From: an uncultured Anaerolineae bacterium
GTDB lineage: Bacteria > Chloroflexota > Anaerolineae > Aggregatilineales > UBA3940
Reading direction: 5' to 3'
NCBI GenBank assembly: GCA_964439625.1
Contig: CAYTPI010000020.1
Span: forward strand, 7,728 to 71,727
Length of the DNA stretch: 64,000 nt
The notes under the pieces are model-generated. The model made no database searches, was not told the origin of the DNA, and was given only the letters and a program-made list of their open reading frames with translations. This document shows positions 9,756 through 19,562 of the stretch, piece after piece (position 1 is the first letter of the stretch; each line of letters begins with the position of its first letter). Position numbers and translations under genes: made by a program.

Positions 9756-11111
9756 ATGCAGCGACAAACTACTGGCATTATTGGTTATGGTCGCTTTGGT
9801 CAGTTTTTTGCTGACCTGTTGTCCGACACGTACAAAGTTATTGTGTCGGACACGCAAGATCGGTCAGATATAGCGGTTGAAAACGGGCACGAGTATATGT
9901 CTACAAAAGAACTATGTAGGCAAGCAGATGCTATCTTTATCTGTGTGCCAATTAACCGCTTTGAGCAGACCGTCAAAGAGATTAAGCCGTTAATTCAACC
10001 AGATACGATCATTTTTGATACTTGCTCAGTTAAGGTGCACCCTGCCGCCGTGATGCAAAACATCTTAGGCATGGTTGAAGGCATCGACCTAGTGGCAACA
10101 CATCCAATGTTTGGACCAGACAGCGTTGCCGCTAACGGGCTGGCAGGTTTACCAATTGTAATCTGGCCGTTGTTGTCCCAATCACAGAAATATCTTTCGT
10201 GGCGCAAGTTCTTCGAGAGCAAAGACATTCGTATCGTCGAGATGACCCCAGACGAGCACGATAAACTAGCCGCAGATACGCAAGGGCTCACACACTACAT
10301 GGGCCGCATTCTCGGAGAGATGCATCTACTCCCTACTCGGATTGACACAACCGGTTACGAAATTATGCGGTCGCTAACACAGCAGACAAACAATGACTCG
10401 TGGGAGCTGTTTCGAGACTTACAGACTTTCAACCCTTACACCAAAGATATGCGGCTGCGGCTGGAGGGTGCCCTTGACACGGTCTACGGTGCGCTGATTC
10501 CTGAGTATGAAGACACTACCACCCTGAAGATTGGTATTCAGGGTGGTTTAGGTAGTTTCAATGAGGAAGCGTGCCGCCATTATTGTAAAACTCACGGCAT
10601 CAAAGATTTTGAGCTGAGCTACCTGTACACCAGCGTCAATGTATTGGATGCACTGCATCGCGGTGACATTCATAATGGGGTATTCGCTATTCAGAATGCA
10701 GCGGGCGGCGTTGTGATGGAGACAATCCATGGGCTGGCTCGCTATCAATGTGAGATTCTGGAAGTATTTAGCATCGTGATTAGTCATTGTGTCATGCATC
10801 ATCCAGATGTTGCGTTCGAGGAAATTAATACCATCATTTCACATCCGCAGGCAATTGCACAGTGTAAAAACAAACTAGCTACTAAGTACCCTAACCGACA
10901 GATCATCAGTGGTGAAGGCGACCTCATCGACCAAGCATTATGCGCCGAATACATCAACCAGGGCAAGTTGCCCCGGACGACAGCCGTGTTAGCACCAAAA
11001 GTCTGTGCTGAACTTAATGAATTGACGATTGAAGAAGAAGGTCTTCAGGACCTTGGTGACGACAACCTGACCACGTTCGTATTTGTTGAACGACGGCATT
11101 ACTTTCGCTAA
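9756..11111 (+). CDS. tyrA: TyrA-family (arogenate/prephenate) dehydrogenase fused to a C-terminal prephenate-dehydratase-like domain lacking ACT
   Basis: N-terminal GYGRFG Rossmann motif, DTCSVK, ATHPMFGP and EHDKLAA; C-terminal IQGGLGSFNEEA, SHPQAIAQC and DNLTTF. ATG at 9756 follows GGAG (ORF track starts at 9714). Confidence 0.85.
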   Translation: MQRQTTGIIGYGRFGQFFADLLSDTYKVIVSDTQDRSDIAVENGHEYMSTKELCRQADAIFICVPINRFEQTVKEIKPLIQPDTIIFDTCSVKVHPAAVMQNILGMVEGIDLVATHPMFGPDSVAANGLAGLPIVIWPLLSQSQKYLSWRKFFESKDIRIVEMTPDEHDKLAADTQGLTHYMGRILGEMHLLPTRIDTTGYEIMRSLTQQTNNDSWELFRDLQTFNPYTKDMRLRLEGALDTVYGALIPEYEDTTTLKIGIQGGLGSFNEEACRHYCKTHGIKDFELSYLYTSVNVLDALHRGDIHNGVFAIQNAAGGVVMETIHGLARYQCEILEVFSIVISHCVMHHPDVAFEEINTIISHPQAIAQCKNKLATKYPNRQIISGEGDLIDQALCAEYINQGKLPRTTAVLAPKVCAELNELTIEEEGLQDLGDDNLTTFVFVERRHYFR

Positions 11112-11163
11112 ACGTAAGCACAGCCACATTGAGAGCTGCTATGTTGCAGGAGTCGAGACCCTT

Positions 11164-12513
11164 ATGCCTAACCACATTGACGATGGCCTTCGCTTCATCA
11201 AGCGCTTTAATAACCCTTACTTTGCAGCCACCAAACTTGGCAGCACCGGGCAAACTTGGGGCATCGATGCATTACGTCCGATCTTAAAGCAGCTTGATGA
11301 CCCGCATTTAAAAGTACCGGTGGTGCACATCGCCGGGACAAAAGGAAAAGGATCAACGGCAGCCCTGACTACACACGCCTTGATGGCGGCTGGCTACAAA
11401 GTCGGGCTGTATACAACGCCGCACCTACAAACTTGGAACGAGCGCATCCAGATTAACCGCGAACCAATCGGCGCAGTCCGGCTTACGCAATTGGTTCAAT
11501 CGGCATTGACTAACGTCGATATTCGTGACGAAGACACGCTGCTGACTGAATATGAACTGGCAACAGCGCTAGCTTTTCTGTATTTTGCTGAAGAGGACTG
11601 CGATCTGGCTGTTATCGAGGTTGGACTGGGGGGCACTGTAGACGCTACAAACGTAGTTGAACCAATAGTGAGTGTCATCTCACGGATTAGCTACGATCAT
11701 ATGCAGTTCCTTGGGGATACGCTGACGGAGATCGCCGGGAATAAAGCAGGCATCATCAAGCTCAACACGCCGACCGTCTCTGTGAAACAAACTGAAGAGG
11801 CCATGTCTGTGATACGAAGGAAGGCAGCCAAGCAACGTTCTTCGCTGACGGTGGTCGGTGAAAATTGGTTTTATCAACCAATTAGCGGTGAAGTCGAGCG
11901 TCTACGTTTGCAGATAGGCCCTTCCCTCGATGCACTTGAAACCTATGATGTGGGGCTTTCTGGGTTATTCCAATTCGAAAACGCAGCCTTAGCTGCCGCA
12001 GCGCTCCAACAGGTTGATCAAGCTGGCTTTACCGTACCGACGGCAGCGGTCAAACAGGGGTTTGCGGCAACTAAGTGGGATGGTCGGTTTGAAATCATCC
12101 AGAAAAAACCATTAACCATCCTTGACGGCGCACACAACGTCGATTCGATGAAAAAACTGATGGTTTCGTTAGATATTTTGACAGCTATTCCCTACGAAAA
12201 TCGAACCATCATCTTTGGTTGCATGGCAGATAAAGACGTTGACGGTCTTTTGAAAGTCATCATGCAACACGCCAAGAATATTATATTTACGGACTTTAAC
12301 CACAGCCGTGCAGCCGACGCTGGCGCTTTGTATGAGCGTGCGCAGTACCATGCCCATGCGGAGCGTGTTCAACAACGACCTCGGCTTGTTTTACAATCAG
12401 ATATAAGAGACGCTTTTTTCACCGCCTTTGAGTATCTTCAACCACTAGACTTATTGGTCGCAACTGGATCGTTGTCACTGGTGGGGTCTATTCGAAATTT
12501 TTGGAAGCTTTAA
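11164..12513 (+). CDS. folC: Folylpolyglutamate synthase/dihydrofolate synthase family
   Basis: HIAGTKGKGST P-loop, YTTPHL, EVGLGG..DATNV, IAGNKAGIIK, GRFE and LDGAHN. ATG at 11164 with an upstream AGGAG. Confidence 0.9.
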   Translation: MPNHIDDGLRFIKRFNNPYFAATKLGSTGQTWGIDALRPILKQLDDPHLKVPVVHIAGTKGKGSTAALTTHALMAAGYKVGLYTTPHLQTWNERIQINREPIGAVRLTQLVQSALTNVDIRDEDTLLTEYELATALAFLYFAEEDCDLAVIEVGLGGTVDATNVVEPIVSVISRISYDHMQFLGDTLTEIAGNKAGIIKLNTPTVSVKQTEEAMSVIRRKAAKQRSSLTVVGENWFYQPISGEVERLRLQIGPSLDALETYDVGLSGLFQFENAALAAAALQQVDQAGFTVPTAAVKQGFAATKWDGRFEIIQKKPLTILDGAHNVDSMKKLMVSLDILTAIPYENRTIIFGCMADKDVDGLLKVIMQHAKNIIFTDFNHSRAADAGALYERAQYHAHAERVQQRPRLVLQSDIRDAFFTAFEYLQPLDLLVATGSLSLVGSIRNFWKL

Positions 12514-12540
12514 CCGCTTATATAGCTGGCAATTACACAT

Positions 12541-15036
12541 ATGACTGACGAAGTTTATCTGGCAGCACAAGGCCAGTTCTATACAGATGTTTCAACTCTT
12601 TTAGCGCAGTTCAGTGCGATTTCGAACGCAGAGCCAGATGACAATGGTATGGTGGAACTGGGATTATTGACCATTTCGGACGCCGTATTGCTACCCAACA
12701 TGGTCGTGCCGCTATTTGTCTCTGATGCGGTACTCTATGAAAAGCTAATGCAAGTAGAGCAAAAAACCGTTGTTATTGTCACCGAAGACGCCAATGGGCA
12801 ACCTGGGTCAATTGGTGTTGAAGCCGCCCTCGGCGAAACACTGGAAACAGGGGATGGCGTGCGTGGCATGTACGTTCAAGGAAGACGCCGCGTTGAAATT
12901 GACACACTCATTGAGGAAATTGGCCTTAGTAAAGTCACTGCAAAGCTTATTGCAGAAAAAACAGATACCACCCCCGAAATGATTGCCAACAGACGGGTCA
13001 TGCTTGATCAACTAGGAAACCTAGCTGAATCAAGTCACCGGATATCAGAGGAAATGTATCTTCTAGCAACTCAAGCCGAACACCCAGGTGCACTTGCCGA
13101 TCTTGTGGCAGCTGCTTTGCCCTTGACCCAAGCCGAACGTCTCGAAATCTTGACAATGACTGACGTCAGTCAGCGCTTAACAAAAGTCAACACACTGCTG
13201 CTCAATGAGATCGAATTGCTGGAACTCGAACATAACATCTACCAGCGGGTGCAAGGTGAAGTAGAGAAACTTCAGCGCGAAACTTATCTGCGAGAGCAAG
13301 TCAAGGCTATTCAGGCTGAATTAGGCGAAGACGATATTCATCTCCAAGAGATTGCTGAGCTTCGACATCGGGTCTCGAACGCACAGATGCCTGAAGCGGT
13401 CGAAAAACGGGCACTCAAAGAACTTGCTCGGCTCGAGCGAATGATCCCTGTTTCGCCTGAAGCTGTGGTGGCATGGACGTATGTCGAATGGCTTGCTGAC
13501 CTGCCGTGGGAAGCCAAAACGACCGATAACCTTGACATTTCTAATGCCAGAGATGTGCTTGATGCTGACCACTATGGGCTGACGAAAATAAAAGAGCGTG
13601 TTTTGGAGTACATGGCAGTTAGAAAGCTGGCTCCAGACACGTCGAAAGGTCCTATCCTCTGCTTTGTAGGGCCTCCTGGTACAGGCAAAACATCCTTGGG
13701 TCGGTCAATTGCGCGTGCACTGGGTAAAGAGTTTGTGCGATTATCGTTGGGTGGAGTCCGAGATGAGGCTGAAATTCGCGGGCACCGGCGAACATATATC
13801 GGCGCACTACCTGGGAGAATCATCCAGACGATGAAGAAAGCCGGCACACTCAACCCGCTGGTCATGTTGGACGAGATTGACAAGCTCGGCATGGATTACC
13901 ATGGTGACCCCGCTTCGGCGCTGCTAGAAGTTCTGGATCCTGAACAGAACAAAGAGTTTTCTGATCACTATCTAGAGGTTGATTATGACTTAAGTCAAGT
14001 ACTGTTTGTAACAACGGCTAACTACCTAGATACTTTACCAGACGCCCTGTTAGATCGCTTAGAAGTCATTGAGTTTCCCGGCTATACTGAGCTTGAGAAA
14101 ATTGAGATTGCGCGCCAGTTTCTAATTCCAAAACAGATGCAGAAGAACGGCATTGCCAAAGTCGATTTGACCTTCGAGCAATCTGCACTTGAAGCAATCA
14201 TCAATGAGTACACTTACGAAGCCGGTGTCCGTAACCTTGAGCGTCAAATAGCGACAATTTGCCGCAAAGTGGCCCTCAAAGTGGCACAAGATGAGCTATT
14301 ACCCAAGCGCATTACAAATAGAGGTCTGAAGCAGTACCTTGGACCGGACCGCCTTCAAGGGCCTATTCTACAAACAGAACCTGAGATAGGCTTGGCACAA
14401 GGTTTAGCATGGACTGATATCGGTGGGGATATTTTGCCGGTAGAAGTTTCACTGATGCCAGGTAAAGGCAACCTAACGCTGACAGGACAGCTTGGCGATG
14501 TGATGCAGGAAAGTGCACAAGCAGCCCTCAGTTATATACGGTCTCGCAGCGACGAATTCGATATTGACCCTGACATATTTGAAAACACAGATATTCATGT
14601 TCATTTGCCCGAAGGGTCGGTTCCGAAAGATGGCCCATCAGCAGGTGTAACACTGGCAACTGCACTTGTCAGTGCGTTTACAAATCGACCAACGCGCCCC
14701 GACCTCGTGATGACCGGCGAAATCACGCTGAGGGGGCGCGTTCTACCCATCGGGGGGCTACGTAATAAAGCGTTAGCAGCCTACCGAGTTGGCATCACCG
14801 ACGTCGTCATTCCCAGTTTCAACGTGCAGCATATCGAAGAGCTACCAAAATCCGTTCAGAAAGCGATGAACTTTCTAGCGGTTGACCACATGGATGAAGT
14901 GCTTGAGATCGCCTTGCTCGCTCCAGTCGAAGATGATGAAGACGACGTGGAACCAGATGAGCCAAATAGTGATGCTGATCGCGAGGAACAATCTGCTTCA
15001 AAAGAAGCCGACCCTGAAGCACTGAACCCCCTATAA
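12541..15036 (+). CDS. lon: ATP-dependent Lon protease
   Basis: Walker A GPPGTGKT, Walker B MLDEIDK, catalytic PKDGPSAG Ser and downstream Lys (GGLRNK); acidic C-terminal tail. Confidence 0.97.
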   Translation: MTDEVYLAAQGQFYTDVSTLLAQFSAISNAEPDDNGMVELGLLTISDAVLLPNMVVPLFVSDAVLYEKLMQVEQKTVVIVTEDANGQPGSIGVEAALGETLETGDGVRGMYVQGRRRVEIDTLIEEIGLSKVTAKLIAEKTDTTPEMIANRRVMLDQLGNLAESSHRISEEMYLLATQAEHPGALADLVAAALPLTQAERLEILTMTDVSQRLTKVNTLLLNEIELLELEHNIYQRVQGEVEKLQRETYLREQVKAIQAELGEDDIHLQEIAELRHRVSNAQMPEAVEKRALKELARLERMIPVSPEAVVAWTYVEWLADLPWEAKTTDNLDISNARDVLDADHYGLTKIKERVLEYMAVRKLAPDTSKGPILCFVGPPGTGKTSLGRSIARALGKEFVRLSLGGVRDEAEIRGHRRTYIGALPGRIIQTMKKAGTLNPLVMLDEIDKLGMDYHGDPASALLEVLDPEQNKEFSDHYLEVDYDLSQVLFVTTANYLDTLPDALLDRLEVIEFPGYTELEKIEIARQFLIPKQMQKNGIAKVDLTFEQSALEAIINEYTYEAGVRNLERQIATICRKVALKVAQDELLPKRITNRGLKQYLGPDRLQGPILQTEPEIGLAQGLAWTDIGGDILPVEVSLMPGKGNLTLTGQLGDVMQESAQAALSYIRSRSDEFDIDPDIFENTDIHVHLPEGSVPKDGPSAGVTLATALVSAFTNRPTRPDLVMTGEITLRGRVLPIGGLRNKALAAYRVGITDVVIPSFNVQHIEELPKSVQKAMNFLAVDHMDEVLEIALLAPVEDDEDDVEPDEPNSDADREEQSASKEADPEALNPL

Positions 15037-15121
15037 AGTATTGAACATTGCACATAGCAAGGAATTAGATAGACTCTTTATTCAGGTCTTGTCAAAATTA
15101 GCCTGATAAGGAGCAGCGCGA

Positions 15122-15328
15122 TTGGCACCAGCGCCGGTCTTTGATATTGTGCAGCTAATACAAGCAACCCTACTGGGCGCAACAGTCGCGCTTAGTGGCT
15201 TTGTGTTGCTTGGACTTTACACCTTTTTTCGATCAACCATCAGCAAACAAATACGCATCATCCTTTGGCAAGCCCGCAATCGAAAAAAGACAGAGTGCTC
15301 ACGGTGGAATTCAACTAATGACGGATAG
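15122..15328 (+). CDS. Candidate small single-TM membrane protein
   Basis: Strong TAAGGAG about 8 nt before the TTG; hydrophobic segment LLGATVALSGFVLLGLYTFF followed by a basic tail; the stop overlaps the pth start by 11 bp. Confidence 0.4.
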   Translation: MAPAPVFDIVQLIQATLLGATVALSGFVLLGLYTFFRSTISKQIRIILWQARNRKKTECSRWNSTNDG

Positions 15329-15902
15329 ATCGCTGATAGTTGGGCTTGGTAACCCAGGTAGAAAGTACATCGGCAACCGGCATAACGCAGGGTTTCAGGT
15401 TGTTGACGGACTGGCAGAACAGTATGGGTTGTCTTTTGGAACCATCCAAAAGAAAGCGGCAGTTGCTAAAGGGCGGATCGCAGGTCACGATTGCATTCTA
15501 GCCAAGCCACAAACTTACATGAACGACAGCGGAGTCGCCGTTAAAGCACTGATGCGCTTCTACAAACTGCCGACAGAAAATCTGCTGGTCGTTTATGACG
15601 ATCTAGATTTACCAACCGGCACCTTACGACTACGCCCTGAAGGTGGCGCGGGGGGTCAGAATGGCATGCGCAGCATTATCCACCAGCTAGGGACGGAAGA
15701 TTTTGCTCGGCTACGTGTGGGTATTGACCGTCCTCCGGGAAAGATGCCAGTCAAAGCATACGTTCTTCAAGACTTTACACAAGCAGAATGGGACATTGTG
15801 CGTGAAACTTGGGGGCGCGCAATCGCTGCGATTAAAACATGGCTGACGGACGGAACCGAGCAAGCAATGAGCCGGTACAACGGCCCTGCCCCAACGGTAT
15901 AA
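15318..15902 (+). CDS. pth: Peptidyl-tRNA hydrolase
   Basis: LIVGLGNPG, NRHNAGF, KPQTYMNDSG, VVYDDLDLP and FARLRVGI. True start is the ATG at 15318 (the ORF-track extension is not Pth-like). Confidence 0.97.
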   Translation: MTDRSLIVGLGNPGRKYIGNRHNAGFQVVDGLAEQYGLSFGTIQKKAAVAKGRIAGHDCILAKPQTYMNDSGVAVKALMRFYKLPTENLLVVYDDLDLPTGTLRLRPEGGAGGQNGMRSIIHQLGTEDFARLRVGIDRPPGKMPVKAYVLQDFTQAEWDIVRETWGRAIAAIKTWLTDGTEQAMSRYNGPAPTV

Positions 15903-15930
15903 AACGAAAACTGTATCCAAAGACTTTTCT

Positions 15931-18900
15931 ATGAAACTAGACGGCCTACTGCCAGTTTTACGCAGGCTTCCTGAATATGAAGACCTAATTAATAGCCCAC
16001 CAATGGGTCAATCACTTGGCCTGAATAAGGCAGCGCGTCCATTTGTATGTGCAGGGTTAGCACTCGACCTTGGTCGTCCGGTGCTGATCGTAACAGCATC
16101 AAGTAACACAGCATACAACATCTCTGAGCAGCTATTGGCGTGGTCAGCAGATTTAACCGTCCTGACGCTTGAGGAACCGGGGCCACGTCTGTATGAACGA
16201 GCCCCTTGGGGCGCGGATGCTGCCCGAAGCCGCCTTGAAGTCTTAACATGGTTGGTCAATTACCAAGAGTCCAATCATAATTCTCCGTTGGTTGTAGTGA
16301 GTTCCGTCGCTGCGCTGATGCGTCGCACGGCCCCGCCAGACATCCTTCGTGAGCGCTTAATGCTGTTGAAAAAGGACGCTGAGCTGCCGAGCGGTCAGGT
16401 AGACGCGTTTTTACATGGGTTGCTTAAATTAGGGTACCAACCCGTAAGTGTTGTCAGCGAAGCAGGCACCTTCAGCCGACGCGGTGGCATTATCGACGTA
16501 TTCCCCGTCTCGATGCAGTATCCGGTTCGCATTGAGCTATGGGGTGATGTCATTGACTCGATGCGAGGCTTTGATATCGAAAGTCAACGCGGCCTGAACG
16601 AAGTAACAGAAGCACCGCTCCTCCCTGCTTGTGAGGCCCTACCAGAGTTTGGGCCAAATGTCGCTGAGCAGATCGGGGCTTGGTATGAATCATACCAAGC
16701 CGACGAGGAGACCGACCCCGCACTTGACCCGCGTCGCGATTACGAAGGGCTCAAAGTCGGTGATCGCTTTGCAGGTATCAACTTTTATCTGCCGTTTATG
16801 TATGCAGACACCGCCAGCTTGATAGATTATCTACCTGAGAATACTCTCATTCTGGTAGACCAATGGGATGAGGTGCGAGACACGTTTGCAGACCTTGAGG
16901 GCAACGCGTTGAAGTTCAAGGAGGCACAACAGACACGACATGCCATCCCTGATGATATGCCCCTCCCCATGATCACATGGGGGCAAATCAAAGACGATCT
17001 CAGCTACCGGGGTGCCATTGAACTCGGAGACAGCATAAACGCCTCGACCAGCCTTGGGCTTGCGGCGGCATTTAGCCCTGGCGACCGGTTCGCTGGTCAG
17101 TTGAAGTTGTTCATACAATCATTAGGAAAGAAAGCACGCGCAGCCAACAGCCACCTCATTGTTATTTCACGACAAGCTAACAGGTTAACGGAGCTTTGGC
17201 AAGACTACCGAGGCACTGCTCCATACGAACTCATTGACGACCTCCCTGACGATGTTCCGGTGGGCAAACCACTATTTGTTAACGGTGGTTTAACCGAAGG
17301 CTGGGTGCTAAATGGCGATGAGTTCCAGACACAGGTCTACACCGACCAAGAAATATTTGGCTGGCAGCGACCAGAACCACGCCGCCGAGAACGGCGCAGA
17401 GCAGCAACACCAGAAGCAACATTTGCCGACCTCGAACCAAATGACTTTGTCGTGCATAGTGAGTATGGCATTGGTCAATTCCGGGGCCTTGAAAAGCGCA
17501 AACTTAAGGACGTGGAACGTGAGTTTCTCGTCCTGACATATCATGGCGGCAACATCTTATATGTGCCGATCCATCAGGCCGACCGAATTACGCGCTACAT
17601 CGGGGCTAACGATAGTGACCCAGAACTTACCAAATTGGGTACACAAGACTGGTTAAAAGCAAAAACACGGACGCAAGAAGCAGTCGAAGAGCTAGCCAAA
17701 GATTTACTGGCGTTGTATGCAGAACGTGAGTCAATCAAGGGATATGCGTTTGAGCCAGATACACCTTGGCAGTACGAACTGGAAGCATCTTTCCCATACA
17801 TTGAGACAGATGACCAACTGAGGGCCTTGCAGGAAGTCAAAGCCGATATGGAAGTAGCACGTCCGATGGATCGGCTTATCTGTGGTGATGTCGGGTACGG
17901 CAAAACAGAAGTCGCTTTAAGAGCGGCGTTCAAAGCGGTGATGGACGGCAAACAAGTCGCCATGTTGGTACCAACCACGGTACTAGCACAACAGCATTTT
18001 GAGACCCTGCGAGAGCGAATGACTGCATTTCCGGTGAAAGTTGAGATGCTGTCTCGTTTTAGGACGACGGCGGAACAGGGGAAAATAATCACAGAGATGA
18101 CAGAAGGCAGCATTGATATTGTCGTCGGAACACACCGCCTACTGGGTAATGACATCCAATTTAACGATCTTGGGCTGTTAATTATTGATGAAGAGCAGCG
18201 TTTTGGCGTCACTCACAAGGAGAAGCTGAAGCAGCTTCGGACAGAAGTCGATGTCTTGACATTGACTGCAACGCCTATCCCACGTACTTTGTACATGAGT
18301 CTAACTGGTATCCGCGACATCAGTGTAATCAACACAGCCCCGAACGAGCGGCTGCCCATCGCCACACATGTGGGACGGCGTGATAATGACTTAATCCGGC
18401 AAGCGATTATGCGAGAGGTGGAGCGGCGCGGGCAGGCATTTTTCGTTCACAATCGAGTCAAAACCATATATTCAGAACTGGAACGCCTCAAGGCACTGGT
18501 ACCGGAAGCACGCTTTGCAGTCGGGCATGGTCAGATGTCAGAAAGTGAACTGGAAGCCGTCATGAATCAGTTTACCGCTGGGGAATTTGACGTTCTATTA
18601 ACTACCACAATCATTGAGGCTGGTTTAGATATCCCTAACGCCAACACCTTGATCATCGACCGTGCTGACCACTTCGGTCTGTCACAGCTTCATCAACTAC
18701 GCGGACGGGTAGGTCGTGGCGCAAACTTGGCATACGCTTACTTCTTTCATCCGGGCTACTCGCGCCTGACGATGGAGGCCCGGGCAAGGCTCGACACCAT
18801 CGCTGAAGAAACGGCACTTGGTGCTGGCATGAATATTGCTATGCGAGACTTAGAGATACGCGGTGCAGGCGATATCCTCAGCGGCAAGCAGCATGGTCAT

Positions 18901-19476
18901 ATATCGACTGTTGGTTTCCATCTTTACACGCGAATGCTGGCACAGGCTGTCAAACGCTTACGAGCAGAACGCGATGAGAGTGAAGAGCCTCTACCTGAGA
19001 TGGAAGGCGACATCAACACGCTAGCGCAGCGAGGTGCAGTGACGATTGACCTGCCAATCCCAACTTACTTACCGACCGACTACATTCCTGATTTATCGCT
19101 GCGTGTCAACATCTACCGACGTATGGCAGATATCCACTCAGATGATGACATTGATACGTTACGCGAGGAACTGGTAGACCGCTTCGGTACGCCACCTGCC
19201 CCAGTAGAAGGGTTATTGTATCAATTACGTGTCAAGAACCTTGGGCTAGATGCGGGCATCGATGCGGTATTGACGGAAGGAAACCAACTCAACCTGCGGA
19301 TACCTGGTTTGGCGTTCACAAATCGCAACGCGCTGCAAGAGCGCATCGGGCATAACGTCCGCGTTAGCCGCACAGGTATCTGGCTTCCGCGCGAAAACGG
19401 CTGGCAGCAAGCACTGCTGGCAGTACTCAAACAAATTACTATTGAACGTGAGCGTGAAGCTCCGTTAGTTAGGTGA
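15931..19476 (+). CDS. mfd: Transcription-repair coupling factor
   Basis: UvrB-like N-terminus (FSRRGGIIDVFP), RID (VVHSEYGIGQF), GDVGYGKTEVA, DEEQRFGV, TATPIPRTL, QLRGRVGR and TRCF C-terminus. Confidence 0.98.
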   Translation: MKLDGLLPVLRRLPEYEDLINSPPMGQSLGLNKAARPFVCAGLALDLGRPVLIVTASSNTAYNISEQLLAWSADLTVLTLEEPGPRLYERAPWGADAARSRLEVLTWLVNYQESNHNSPLVVVSSVAALMRRTAPPDILRERLMLLKKDAELPSGQVDAFLHGLLKLGYQPVSVVSEAGTFSRRGGIIDVFPVSMQYPVRIELWGDVIDSMRGFDIESQRGLNEVTEAPLLPACEALPEFGPNVAEQIGAWYESYQADEETDPALDPRRDYEGLKVGDRFAGINFYLPFMYADTASLIDYLPENTLILVDQWDEVRDTFADLEGNALKFKEAQQTRHAIPDDMPLPMITWGQIKDDLSYRGAIELGDSINASTSLGLAAAFSPGDRFAGQLKLFIQSLGKKARAANSHLIVISRQANRLTELWQDYRGTAPYELIDDLPDDVPVGKPLFVNGGLTEGWVLNGDEFQTQVYTDQEIFGWQRPEPRRRERRRAATPEATFADLEPNDFVVHSEYGIGQFRGLEKRKLKDVEREFLVLTYHGGNILYVPIHQADRITRYIGANDSDPELTKLGTQDWLKAKTRTQEAVEELAKDLLALYAERESIKGYAFEPDTPWQYELEASFPYIETDDQLRALQEVKADMEVARPMDRLICGDVGYGKTEVALRAAFKAVMDGKQVAMLVPTTVLAQQHFETLRERMTAFPVKVEMLSRFRTTAEQGKIITEMTEGSIDIVVGTHRLLGNDIQFNDLGLLIIDEEQRFGVTHKEKLKQLRTEVDVLTLTATPIPRTLYMSLTGIRDISVINTAPNERLPIATHVGRRDNDLIRQAIMREVERRGQAFFVHNRVKTIYSELERLKALVPEARFAVGHGQMSESELEAVMNQFTAGEFDVLLTTTIIEAGLDIPNANTLIIDRADHFGLSQLHQLRGRVGRGANLAYAYFFHPGYSRLTMEARARLDTIAEETALGAGMNIAMRDLEIRGAGDILSGKQHGHISTVGFHLYTRMLAQAVKRLRAERDESEEPLPEMEGDINTLAQRGAVTIDLPIPTYLPTDYIPDLSLRVNIYRRMADIHSDDDIDTLREELVDRFGTPPAPVEGLLYQLRVKNLGLDAGIDAVLTEGNQLNLRIPGLAFTNRNALQERIGHNVRVSRTGIWLPRENGWQQALLAVLKQITIEREREAPLVR

Positions 19477-19492
19477 TTGTGTGCGGTTGTAC

Positions 19493-19521
19493 TTGCCCGT
19501 GGCAGACAGTGACTGTAACAT
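19493..19521 (+). promoter_or_regulatory. Putative sigma70-type promoter for the TolB-like lipoprotein gene
   Basis: TTGCCC-N17-TAACAT in the 86-bp intergenic region. Confidence 0.38.
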
Positions 19522-19562
19522 ATCTTCAGTGATCCTACTGCCACCCAGAACTGAAGCGACTT

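Noticed and set aside
15195-15317. N-terminal extensions in the ORF track (pth 15195, folC 11083, Zn-ribbon 54958, GNAT 61323, pgeF 60478)
   Set aside because: Family homology begins at downstream starts, most of which have SD-like sequences; the extensions are not conserved-looking.
17595-18212. 205-aa antisense ORF inside mfd
   Set aside because: Shadow ORF opposite the conserved helicase core; no SD and no recognisable motifs.
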